In this document: positions 45,101 to 58,500 of the stretch, piece after piece
How positions within the stretch are numbered: position 1 is the stretch's first letter
Layout of the letters: each line of letters begins with the position of its first letter
NCBI RefSeq assembly: GCF_964355755.1
Contig: NC_092671.1
Location: forward strand, 36,342,304 to 36,406,303
From: Antedon mediterranea
Taxonomy: Eukaryota > Animalia > Echinodermata
Direction of reading: 5' to 3'
Length of the DNA: 64,000 nt
Translations under genes and position numbers: made by a program
Notes under the pieces: model-generated
The model's database searches: none
Seen by the model: only the letters and a program-made list of their open reading frames with translations
Told to the model about the DNA's origin: nothing

Positions 45101-48100
45101 AGTACCAAAGCCATGTAGATGATCAGACTTAATATAAATGCTTCCACCACTAGCGCCTCCTTTGCCATCAAGTCCATTGCCAGCATTGGCCTGTATGGTC
45201 CCTGTATAAAAAAAATCAAAAAAATAGTAGTGGCTTTCAGTAGAATTGGAGTAAAACCTATTTTTCACAAATACTACAAATTATAAAAACCAACAGTGGT
45301 GTTTGTAGTCTATGAGTGAGATACCTACCTACCTGTATCTCAGGAAATAGACTTATTATAAAAACAAATTTAATAAAAATCTCTTTATATTTCCATCCAT
45401 GCATTTTGTGATTCAAACAAATGCACAACCAATAAGAATGCAGGAAATGTTATTCATAGCTAGCTAGCTATAAGTCATTACATGTATACTTTATATTAGT
45501 CCAATGGCAACTATTTTTCAAACATTTCTCTGTACTGGTATTGATATAATAAATGCTTATTACCATCAATCTGAGCCAGATCCGACACCAGTTTAAAAAT
45601 ACCTCCACCCAAAGCCCTTCCATTGCTAGATCCAAACTCTTCTGGATGAAATAGGTTTCCATAAGCTAAACCAGCTCCATTATTATGACTTCTTCCTCCC
45701 ATACCACCATGCCCAGAACCAGCTGATGCTGAACCTCTTCCAATTGGATTATCATATTTCTAAAAAAATATTATTTAATACTATCAATAATTTGCATAAA
45801 CGCAAACATAGTAAAAAGTAATGTTCATAATATTAATCATAAAAAGAAAATAATTTAGTTGATGTAGTGATAAAGATGAAAACAACATAGATGGCAAACA
45901 TCAAAAAAGAAACTGAGTTTTTCACATTCGGACCAAACAAAAAACACAAGTGAGACACCCAATGTCTAACGACGACTAGATAGGTAGAATTATGTAGATA
46001 ATAATGATGAGGTCGATGAAATTAATGATAATATAATAATGATAGTGAGGATTGAAGGTGTTTACAATTTTTACATTAATTCATTTATGTAAAATGGAAG
46101 ATAATCTGAAAAAATATTGTAAAAACTTCTACAACGCACCACTTCATTTAAGTCCACCAATGCAAGATCCTCAAGAACGAACTCAAAGACTTCAAGTGTA
46201 AGATTGTCAGCCTTTAGATAAGAGCCACTATGAAGCACTACAGAATTTCCAATTAATGTCAAACCACCTTCACCCTCACCCTCAACAATGACAGTACTAC
46301 CTCCATGCAGTATCAAATTTTCAAACTGGATTACATTTGTTGTATAATCAGTCATATTAGTGAGAGGTCTAAAAGCATAATCACATTTTTTTTATCATAA
46401 ACAACAAGGTAATCATTACATAATACAAATTTTAGTAAACAAGTGGTTTACAGTTCGTGTTTAATATTTTTTGAAATTGGACCAAGTAAATCAAATAAGT
46501 AACTAATTCAAGTGAATTTGTTCATATGTTCTCAATGTACTTAGCATAAATTACAAAATTATGTCAGAGTGGGCAAACATTGTTCATACTTGTAGTCTAA
46601 CAATATCAATATTTTAGGATGGCCCCAGAAAATAATTGTAGTCATTCATGGCTGTCACAAATTTAAAAGTAAAATTACCTTAAAATTAATTTACCACCAA
46701 AACCAACACTAATGTTGCGAACGGTTTTAACAATTCCCTCTAGTGTTACAGTTACTCCAAATATTTCAAGATGTTCAGGCATGTACAATTCTGCTTGGCT
46801 GTACAGCAATACACCCCACATAAGACGTGGGCTAGATGATGGAAGACCAATTCGAATTATCTAAAAAAATATAAAAATAGTTGATAGTTGAAATCTACCA
46901 GTACAGTCTATCAAGCATAAACATATGAGCAATAACATTAGAATTATTATCTGACCATTATCTGACCATTATCTGAACATTATCTGACCATTATCTGACC
47001 ATTATCTGACCATTATCTGAACATTATCTGACCATTATCTGACCATTATCTGATCATTATCTGACCATTATCTGACCATTATCTGATCATTATCTGAACA
47101 TTATCTGACCATTATCTGACCATTATCTGACCATTATCTAAACATTATCTGAACATTATTGACGCATCAGAAGAATCAATTATTGCCAGGCAAGATTTAC
47201 AGCTATGTCATAACCACCATAATTATATAACATATAATTATAAATTGTGAGCATTGGTTGGCTCCCTTGAAGTTTACCAAAGTAACAGGTTTAATTTCAT
47301 TGCAATAACAATATGTGCACAGCATAGTAGACACAAACATTACCTGTAATGGGCCAACATGTACAATCCCAGAAGAATCCCCTTTACTCTCAACTACATT
47401 AATAGTCTGTGTATCCTCTTCATCGTGTTTATATAGTGCAACATGGGCACCTCCTCGAATGTCAAGCTCCGTAATATTATGCTCAAAATAATCCATTGAT
47501 GGTAAAATCCATGTCCGTCCAGTGTCACGACCTGAGTGGTCTCCAATAACACCAGGAAAATGGATATCTTCACTTATAGGAGAACCAATAAATTCATTAT
47601 TAACTATCAGACGATTTTCATTTGTGTCAGTATTATGTAGTACAACAGTTCCAGCCCCACCAACTTCAATCTCACTTGCCCCTCCACGAATACCAAAAGT
47701 ACCAGTAAATGTATTGTTATACGAGTGTATTGCAATTCGACCACCAGCCCCGCCACCATTTGGATTTATAGCAGCACCTCCAGTTGCCGATATTACTCCT
47801 TGGCCATCGAACCTAGTAGACATGACAAATACAGTTCCACCACTACCACCACCACAATACACACAGGTTGAGTCTTTTGCGTTCGATTCAAGACTACCGT
47901 AAATTTTAACGGTGTCTGCTGTAAGACTTATTATACCACCACCATATGCAATGACTGAACCTTCATTATTGCCACCAGCTCGTCCAAACTGATCTGGATA
48001 AAATATATCACCTCTTGGTTCTCCAGCAATTTGTACTGCACTCCCTTGACCCCCACTTCCTCCATAACCTCCTCCAGAAGATCCTGTAATTTTAGATTTA

Positions 48101-49464
48101 TACTGGTATTGTTTCATGTAAAAACAAGAAGAATTTAGACAAATATAGGCTACATATGTTTCTTTGAGTGTTATTTTCACATCAGATACGGAAAAAGGAT
48201 TGGATGAGAATACTTCTATTCAAGGTATAGTTTTCACTAGACTTTCTTGCTTTCCAATAATAGTGAAGGTAATAATAATGAAGGTAATAATAGTGTGAAC
48301 ACAGCTTTAATAGTACTTGTTCTTAGAAAGTAAAGTTTGTTTCACACATGACCAGCTATCAACATGTATTCTAGTGCAAAAAAACAACCAACACAGTAAT
48401 CCAACATGCAAAATAAATTCCAAATATTTACTGGTCATTTATAGCCTTCATGCAATATTTTGAACTCTAAAAATGTACACACTTACCATGTTCATTATAC
48501 AAATACTTCATTTTAGTATAAGGACTTTTGTTTGATGTGTCTATTATTCCAGCTGGATCAATTTCAATTTCGGTATTCGCATCGATTTTTATCCAATTAC
48601 CCTAGTAAGCCAAAAAAATAAATAATGAAATGAAAATTGATTAAACATCCATGTAGAATGATAAATTATAATATGCTGCTAAAAATGATAACACTAAACT
48701 CTCTAATCAGGATTGGATAGATTGACATGATAGTTGGTTAGGACATCTGCATATCAAGCAGGAGGTCCGGGTTCGAATCTCGGGCATTTTTTTCTCATTC
48801 TTACAGATTCCCTCATTTTATCGTTTCAAATTAATTAATTAAATTTCAGTATATCACCGGGCAGTTTAGAATTAATGTTCTATGCCTAATGTGTTTATAA
48901 TACCGTAAAACCTCGAAAAGAAGCCCATGGGCTTCTTCTTTTTTTAGTGCTCTTGGGTGGGCTTCTTTTCGAGATGGGCTTCTTTTCGTAGTTTAAGCCC
49001 ATGGGCTTTTTTTCGAAGTTTTACGGTATAACAATAATACGTAAAAGAGTAAACAAATAATTTATAGGATATATTAACATGATAGTTTACTCATTTTCAA
49101 CAACATTTCTGGTTTAACCATCATAGAGTGGTGCATTACTAGTTTTTTTATTTTGTTCATTTACAACATTTCTAACTAAATACAATATTATTAAAGATCA
49201 ACCTCTATTTTTCCTCCTGGGTGGATTTGTAGCGACTGATCTAAATTGAGTTCAAGTGATGGGAATCGATTTTCATCATCCTCTTCATCTTTGTCAAAGT
49301 CAGTTGACGGATCGTAAAATGAGGATAACACACCATCACTTAAAATGTCTACATTCGTAAGAAAAAACTGCTTGTAGTTGTAGCCAACTGATTTGCCCTG
49401 TAAAACCATACAAAAATATATTTGGTAAAACGTTCTATGTTTTTAGTGCCAATATATGTTGTGT

Positions 49465-49510
<46 letters not shown>

Positions 49511-52500
49511 TGAGTGGAAAAAATAAATAAACGAAACGAAACGAATGATTTAAATAACTTTATAACATGGGTTCAAGGATGTAGACAATCAGACGAACTG
49601 AAATTAGTCATGTGTGCACTCTTTATTTCAGCAGTATTCAGAATGTTGTGCATGTTGCACCATTGTAAATACCCTTGAGTGCGCCGCATCTCCACTAATG
49701 CACTCTGACTGCGTTATTTGTATAACAAATCTGATTATCATGTATTTTAACTAATTAGTGTTCTATGACCTTCTCATCAAAATTAATGTCTCTCATTGTT
49801 GTGCTATGTCAACATAATGTCAATGACGGCGAAATTTCCCCAATAATGGGGATAGCTATGCAAACAAGTAAGTAAGTAAGTAAGTAAGTAAATAAGTATA
49901 GTAAGTAGTTACTGAACTACTTTGGAAATCAGTACATTTGTATTGAAGAAAGTGTATTTCAGTTAAAAGAAAGCAAGAAGTAAAAGTAAAAATACATTAT
50001 ATCAGTGTAATAGATATTACTTACATGTTCTCCTATAACCATACTGATACCTTGACCAATTGTCAATTCTTCTACACCTCCCAATGCACCATCAATCTTA
50101 TATGTTGCATGTTTAACATCACCCAAATATGTTACTGAACAGAAAAAAAAGAATAATATTGCTTTTGCATCCTTGTATTGTTGTGGATATGCATTGCAAA
50201 CAAATTTCAATTAAACCATTGTAACGGTTGTTTTACTGACGGAGCAACATGTAACATTCCAGATCCGTGTCCATCTAGGCGTAAAACTTGAATAACTTCA
50301 TTTTATAATTTAAAAAACTATACCTCTTGGAAGAGAGAGTGTTGACTTGTCATAAACTCGGAATCCGGCCGGTAATGGTGATATCGCATCATCTATAGAC
50401 ATGCTTACTGAAGGAGCAACATGTAACATTCCAGATCCGTCTCCATCCAGGTGTGAAACTTTAATAACTTCATTATTCATTCCTTTCACATCAATTGCCA
50501 AGTGAGCTTTATTTCTAATTTCTAGTTTAGAAATTAAATACTCTGAATTCTATAATAAAACAATGAGAAACAACTCCTAATACAAATACAAATTTTAAGC
50601 AAAAAGCGAGAAACTCCAAAGTTAAAATTATGATATTGATGCATTACACATGAAATTGAAGGAAGTGTTACCATGTTATCATCCTCTAATACAAGGTAAG
50701 CTCGAGCACTATCTTTCGTGACGTCATAATCATATGAAAGATATTCTCTTGTAGGTCCTCTCCCGTCATTATCAATAGTCAGAATAGTTTCAGTCTGATT
50801 GTTAGAAACATATATTGTTCCCGGACCTCCAGCCTCAGAATCACTACGACCACCAAACGCCTGGAGCGTACCACTAAAATGGTTGAAGTCAGTGCTATGT
50901 ATTGCAATACGTCCTCCTGATCCTCCTCCACCAACTTCCTAAGTTTCAACATTAAAAGTAATATGATAGTAAAGTGACTGTAAATGACATAACAAATTAC
51001 ATATGTACAACTGTTAATAATTAAATCACATTTAGTCTTAAATGTTTGCAATCATGTATAATAAAGTTTATTTTAAACACTGGAAATCAACACTCTAAAG
51101 CTGGACTTTTTGAGTACTGAACACGTGGATAAAGTCATAAAACAAACTGATGGAAGAACAACTTTTTTTGGTGAAAATGTTTTCTATATTGTGTAAGGTG
51201 TACATTTTTATACTTACTAAACTGACAAAATAAAGATAAATAACCTAGTACAGCAGTAAAATATCATTACACATGTTTGTGATTACCTTTCTTTCTGTTC
51301 CTTGTTCATTTCTACAATAATACCCTGTACCATAATCATACCAACGACAGCCGTACCATTCATCTCTTCTATACTCACAAGGTTCTTCGTTATCGGAATC
51401 ATGACATCGTACAACACAATTAGCAGATCTCATGTACCTCCCACATTTACATTGTGTGCATCGCCTTTCAGTATTACACTGGTTGCAACATGGTACACAT
51501 GAGCCATCTCCACCGATAACTTGCATCTTTCCATTACCTATAAAAATAGATTAATAATCATCAATTATAAACCAATTAATAATAAGTGTTTTAAATTTCA
51601 AAGTGGAAGGAACCGTAGGAGATACAAAAGTTGTGAAATCTAGTCCACTGTGCTTTGAGTCAGATACAGTGGCATAAGGGCTATGAAACCCAGGGGCCCA
51701 GAGCTCAAAGGGCCCCTAAGTGAGAGCAGCCTCAATGCAACTGCCAGCGTTGGAGGGCCCTTAGAAATGCTAAACCATGCCACTGGGCAGATAGTAGAGA
51801 GGCATAATTATGCTTACCAGCAAAGGATTGAGCATTAATCAAAATGCTGCCACCACTTGATCCACCTGTGCGGTCACGATCTGCATGCTTTCCATTGGCC
51901 AGAATGTGACCATCAACCAGTGTGTGAGTCTGCGCCGTTAGGATAACAACACCACCACCTGTACATGCATTCTAAATGGCAGTTATGTGAAAAAGAGAAA
52001 ATACTTGGTCAGACTAATGTAATTGTACTCTTTGTTAAGCACATTTGAGAACATACAAAAATCATGTCAGTATGCTACATATTTCAGATATTATGTTAAG
52101 TCTATTAGTCACTTCTCATACTTACCCCACTGTTGCTGCAACCACTACCATACGAAGTCGGTGTTATAAAACTACCATATGATAGATTGGAGTATGATAC
52201 AAACTCACTAGCACCCCCCATTCCACCATATGATGCACCTGTACCTCCATTTGCATGATGGACTCCAGGAGCATCCCCGTGGCCTGGGCCCCAACCACCT
52301 CCACTTGCATCAAGAAATGCTTCATGATCAATATGTATGTTGTCAGCTGGAGAAAAAATATTTAGAAAATGATTACATTCAACTAGTATTCCCTCTGCTA
52401 TATTTATAGTAATAAAAAAACGTACCAATCTACAGTGTAATAGTAGGCTTAACTAGTAGTCTATCTGCTCTTATAGCATGATTTCTATAAAACATAACAA

Positions 52501-55500
52501 GGTACGGGTAGCTATACACTTTCAAGCTCAACAAAGTGTGGACTCTTAATTGTGGTGTCCTCTAAATAGGGGCTGACACTTTCTCTGAAAAGGGGTGAAT
52601 ACAGGTGTCTATGATTAATTATATTAAAACTAATTATAGAAATTATACCTCTAATTTCAATGTAAGATGATGTAAACCTAGCACCACCTCTTAGTGCAAA
52701 ATCACTATCAATGTCAAGTTCCAATGCATTTGGTGTAGTATATGGTGTTCCATGATAAACAACAGAACCTCCACTTAGGATTTCAAACGACTGCAATTGT
52801 ACATTACTTGGTGATACACTATTAATCTTAGCTGGAGGGTGTATTGTTAAAGTTGATCCATAAGATATTTCTAAATTTTCAACCCCAAAGACATCACCAG
52901 ATATTAGAGTAAAATCTACATTCTGGAAAAAACTAAGTTCAGGCAAACCAATGCTTCCACTCTAAGAGATAAAACAAGTACAGTTACAACATGTCAATAA
53001 AAATTAGTCTTCTGTATTTTGCATTACGTGTACAGCCCCATTAGAGAATGTGTTTTTTCAAAACTTCGGGTAAATGTCACTTAACCTCCTACTGTGACAT
53101 GTGTTTATATAAGCCCAACTTTGATAGGCAGGTCGTTAAACCTTTTGATCATCACCAAATTTTGCTAGTTTTTGCCGGACCATTGACCTTGAATACTGAA
53201 GAATGTACCTTGTCCTAATCAATCAATTACAAGAGAGCTAATAAAATCACAGGGGTATAATAAGATTCAGGTAATTAATCACCTGCTTAGTTGATTTATC
53301 TGATAAGGATTTTGACCAAAAAGTTCTAATGGGGATGTACCCCTAATGTGATTATTTGATTATATTGGGTGACCTCTTCAGTCAAAGACTGGTCTCCCAG
53401 AGGGTCCAGTTATGATCAGTGGCTGTGATGTACACTGGGGTAACCCCTACTTGTCTCGAAAGATGTACTGGCTACCATAATAAAATATGACATATCGTGT
53501 TTAGTATGTTAGTATTAGTATGTCTCTTATTTCTTGATTAAATCTGGATATGTTGAGTATCATACCATACTATTATTATAAACCTTACCTCATACACAAT
53601 AATATTGAATGGAATATGAGAAGATGCGTTTGTATGAAGTGAAAGCGTATCGGATTGACCGCAGTGAACAGTAGCTGTATAGTCTCCTCTGATATCAGCA
53701 ATGTTGATGTTCCTTTCAGGTGGATTGTCTTTGATCGGAATTCCACTATCATCAACAGCTTCCAACTCAAGATGAGCATAGCCTCCGATGTCTAGCAAGT
53801 CTATGTCATGGTCAGAATCATGAAGTTCAGGTAATGTTACCCACGTTCGTCTTGCCTAAAACATTAATAACATTGTGTAAACTAGAATAGCCATTAATTA
53901 AACAAAAGAAAATATTAAATTAAAAGAAAATAGAATATTGATATTTAATTTTGTAATCTTTTTATGTATTTTATATATAAAAATATTTTTAAGAGCCTGT
54001 ATTTAGTGTTACACGCAATATGGCCATTGGCCGAAAGTTGTAATGTTTGTTGTGTTTTTTTCCCAATAAAGCATATAATAAATACCTGATTTTTTGCATA
54101 ATTGTCATTATAAACCATCAACGTTTTGTGAAGGACATCGCCTGAATGTTTAAGATAGACAGTGCCTGATGCGCCGTGTTCAGTAACTCCTCTCCCTCCT
54201 TTAGCTTCAAATGTTCCATCAAATATGTTCTCTTCATAGTGCAATGCCATTCGTCCACCACCACCTCCACCTCCACCATCATATTGTGCTTCACCACCAT
54301 TGGCCTACACAAAAGAACATGATGGGTTTTATCCAAACATTTACAAATAAGAAAGGCTTTGTATCATTTGTGAATTATCTTATAATGTTATAGTTTCAAT
54401 TTATTGGTGGATGGTTGGAACATACTGTACCTCTAATTTTCCTGAGCCTTCAAATATCTTTGTGACAATGAAGATACTCCCTCCACTTCCACCTCCCGCA
54501 GAGGTTGCACTTTGCCCGTTAACACTGACTGTGCCCTCAATTTGTAAAGTATAAACGTTCATTGAAATGATTCCTCCTCCACTACCCTGGTTTGATGTGC
54601 CGGTACCACCACCACCACTACCAAATTCAGTTGGGGCTGTAAAGGAGCCATAAGCTAACGGAGGTTGTTGAGTGGAGTCTTTGCAACCACCACTACCGCC
54701 ATGAGATGCACCAGTTTCAAATGAACCATACGTGACCCCAGCACCAGTACCCTCTAAGATAAAGACATTGCAATCAGGTTTATCACAAATACCTTGATTT
54801 CGCAAGAAACGCCATTGCACAATGCATGATGAGAAGGGTTTGGGAGCAATAGCGCCACTGTATAATACAAACTTTGTATACTGGTGGTGGCGTTATTACT
54901 CCCAAACCCTTCCCATTATGCATTGTTCACGCAATTTGCGATAAACCTTATACATTATCAAATACATTAATTTGCATATCTAGCACATGCTTTTTGTACA
55001 TTAACTTTGTGAGAGAACATACAGGATTGTGAGCAAGGTTTCGTTATATGCATATAACAAAGAATATACAATCAATTAAACACCATCATTTCTAATAGTT
55101 GGTTTATGATTCCATGTTTTACCTCCTGCAGGAAATCCTTCAAAGTCTGCTGATATCCGTCCTTTAGTATCAACAATGACCTCATCAACGTCTAAATGAA
55201 GATTGGTTGTTGACAGTGTTCCGCCTCCGAACACCTTAAAATTAAAATAGATTATCACAATTAGTTATTCAAATTTCCGCCATTAATTATAGGCAATAAC
55301 AATATACCATTTCTGTTATGCTATTGCCTTTATATTAAATTTTCTAAAAAAGAAAATAACTGAACCAAAATTTAAGTTTAATTGTATAAATGGGTAAATA
55401 CCTGGATATAGCGTCCTCTAAGGGTTCGACGATCTTTTCCATTTTTCGTGATCATATTTCCATTATTTCGAATGTTAATAGAATGGAAGTCAAGCGTTTG

Positions 55501-58500
55501 AGTGGCAGTTCCATCAATGTTAATCATCTCATGCATGTAAACAGTTCCTACAAAAATTAACAACAAATAATTTGTTTGTTACAGACTGTCACCGGGCAAA
55601 CAATTCAATTATGATTACAGGGTGCATGGGTTTCTTCTTTTTTTTTGGGGCGGGGGGGGGGGAGGGGTGGTTTGGAGTGTCCAGGTTCTTATAATATTAT
55701 ACAAATTTATTATATTTAGTCAGCTTACCTCCATCAGTAATAGTTATATTTTCTGCATTTTCCAAGACACCTTCTACATTGATAGTTACTCCAGCAGCTT
55801 CTAGTTCTCCTTGTAATGTAGCCACACCCCCACGGTATACATCAACATTCATTGGTAAGAAAGCATTTGCCATATACAATGATTGGTTAAAACCAACATT
55901 CAAACGACCAGTTCGATCACCCCTGGCTGTGCCAATCCGGATGTCCATGGTTGCTGATGGATCCAAAGGCTCAATGAAACCCACTTGTGCCGAACCATAC
56001 ACGTGAAGCTCATCAATAATGATATGTTCAGTGAAGTTATGACTCCATTCATTCCTTGAAAAATCCAATTCAGATCTATCACTTGGGATCAACCATGTGA
56101 CAGCACTGGCCAATGAGTAGTCAGCATAATCGTCTGTTAAGTTCTTTGCCTCGTTTCTTGGCTTGCGTCCAAGGTTGTTAATGTACAGCGTTCTATTTGT
56201 AAGTGGTTCTGTCACGTTGGAATCATGAGTTATTTGGCCTTCTTTACTGGTAGCATCAAGTAAACGGGATCCGTTGATGGCTTGAAGTCTATGAAGGTAA
56301 ACAGTACCTGGACCGCCAGGTTCATAACCATTTTCCCCTCCTGCAGCTATAAAATCACCTGTAACAAGAACAAGTCTGCTAGATAATATTTGTTTTCTTT
56401 CTTTCATGGTAACATTTGTGATACGTAAGTTGAAGAAAAGAAAACAAGTATAAAATCTTGTACAACTTTAATATAAAAATATTATCATTTGACATTTTAC
56501 TTCATTATTAGGAGTGTTATTGGGCCGCTAAACAAGAAACCTTAAAACCAGGGATCACTCTTCCCTGTTAAAACGTACCAATGAAATAATTATATCCATA
56601 ATATATTGCAATTCTTCCGCCGGCTCCAGCTCCACCATAGCTGGAATACCCATCACCACCAGAGGCATCTATAACACCATCGCCATGAACCACTTCTGCT
56701 TCTATCCATACCCCACCACCGCTTCCACCTCCACCATGTGGAGATCTCCAGTGGTCACCTATAACACGTAGTAGAAAGTAGGGTTTGTGGTATCACTTAC
56801 TACAGTAGCAATTCATAAGGCAACACTTTCATGTCAAATATTACATCTCTAAGCATGTAATATCTATATAATATACAATATAGATTAATAAATGAATGAC
56901 TTTCAACGTTTTATTGCACATTACAGACTGTTTCATGATACAAATCACTTTTCAATCATCATGTGCTAGGCTCAGAGTAAAGAATAAAGTGCAATTCACA
57001 GGAAGGGACTGTTTATGTAGTTAATTTATGCAAGCATTCACTTATTGTTAATTTCACTAGTCTATTGTGTCTTATGTACCTATTGTCTATGATACTTTAA
57101 TAATTCACTACAGTATATATTTTACCTGTGGCATCAATTATTCCATCAATAACAATAGTATTTGTAACATTTATAAATATTCTGCCAGCTCCAAATCCAC
57201 CTCGATAAGGAAATCTACAATATCCACCGTCAGAGCCTATTTCATTAGGTGTTGTGAAGAAACCATGAGTGACACCCACTCTAGACTGGCCATAACCTTG
57301 ACCTCCATTGCTACCATAGCCTGCCCCTGAAGATCCACAGCTGCTACTTGGTGTCCCTAAACCAGATCCAAATCCTGCTCATATAGTGTAAAACCATATT
57401 TATTGTCACATTATATATAATTTAGTTATTCCTGGGTTAAAATTCTGCCGGATACCAAACACTGTTACAGTCTTACTATATTATATAATGAGTTTATGTA
57501 AAGCATTTGTCCGTCTCATTCTGTATTTTTTCATAGGAACTTACATGAAAATTAATTAAATAGTTAGTTAAGTATTTATTACGTTCATTAATACTTTTAG
57601 TACACAGATTGTTTACCTACCATGAGATAGTAATAACTTGCTGGTCACAGTATCTCGTTTTGTTGTAACGAGAGCAGAAGGTTCGATGCTGACGTTGACA
57701 AAATGGAGACCAAGATCACTCGATAACAACTTAATAAAAGACACAAAAATATTATGATGCATAATAATTGTTCATTAGTTTACTAGTGACACAGAATACA
57801 GAAATTTATTGGTCCAAAAGGAAATTCGTTTCGTTATCAAGCTCTCAAAACAATTAATTAAAAATATATAAAAAGTCATGAATACAAAAATACAAGATCT
57901 TATAAAAATACGAATAAACATCAAAAAGACAAGAATATAAAAAATATATATCTTAACATATAAGATATATATATAAATATATATATATAATACCAGTATT
58001 ATATACAGATTACATACAAATTACATTTTCAATCTATCTTTTAATAGTTGCGTTATATAAATGGCAAGAATTTGGAACAAATGACTTTCGAAGACGATCA
58101 TGATCTCCTCTTGTGGACGTAGCCTGATACCCGATCTGTTTAAAACATAGTACTTATTTAGTGGGTGTGTGTGGTCATTCATAATCATGTTAACTTTATG
58201 TAATACTCTTTTTTCATATGTTTGTTGAATAGTTGGTAGGTCAGAGCCCAATACAAGATGAAGTATGGTACAAAATGGATGCCAATAACAAATAAATTAA
58301 AGACACAAATAAATTGTTAATGCTTAATAATGGACTTGCTTGCAGTGACAAACAGTACCAAGATGAAATATGGTAGAAAACATATATCATTCAACTTTTT
58401 AATGAAGTAAGGTGGTGTCTCGATTTGATCTGATCTGATTTATTGCTTGCTTTGATAAACTTACATTCAAAGGCTATCATTGTTTTCATTACTAGTCTAA

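Noticed and set aside
46946-47160. CRISPR-like array
   Set aside because: Head-to-tail 11-mers with no spacers, in a eukaryotic intron
48725-48790. Functional tRNA gene
   Set aside because: B-box present but no convincing acceptor stem; attached to a body repeated near 44.9 kb, so SINE-like
49550-49900. Possible retroelement 3' end between two microsatellites
   Set aside because: Has a small hairpin and an (AAGT)n tail but no ORF remnant or second copy
53368-53472. Possible Deu-domain SINE fragment (ggggtaacccctact..tcgaaagatgtactgg)
   Set aside because: Short, single copy here and recalled similarity only; not enough to call
55645-55675. G-rich tract as a regulatory G-quadruplex
   Set aside because: Isolated intronic homopolymer with no supporting context
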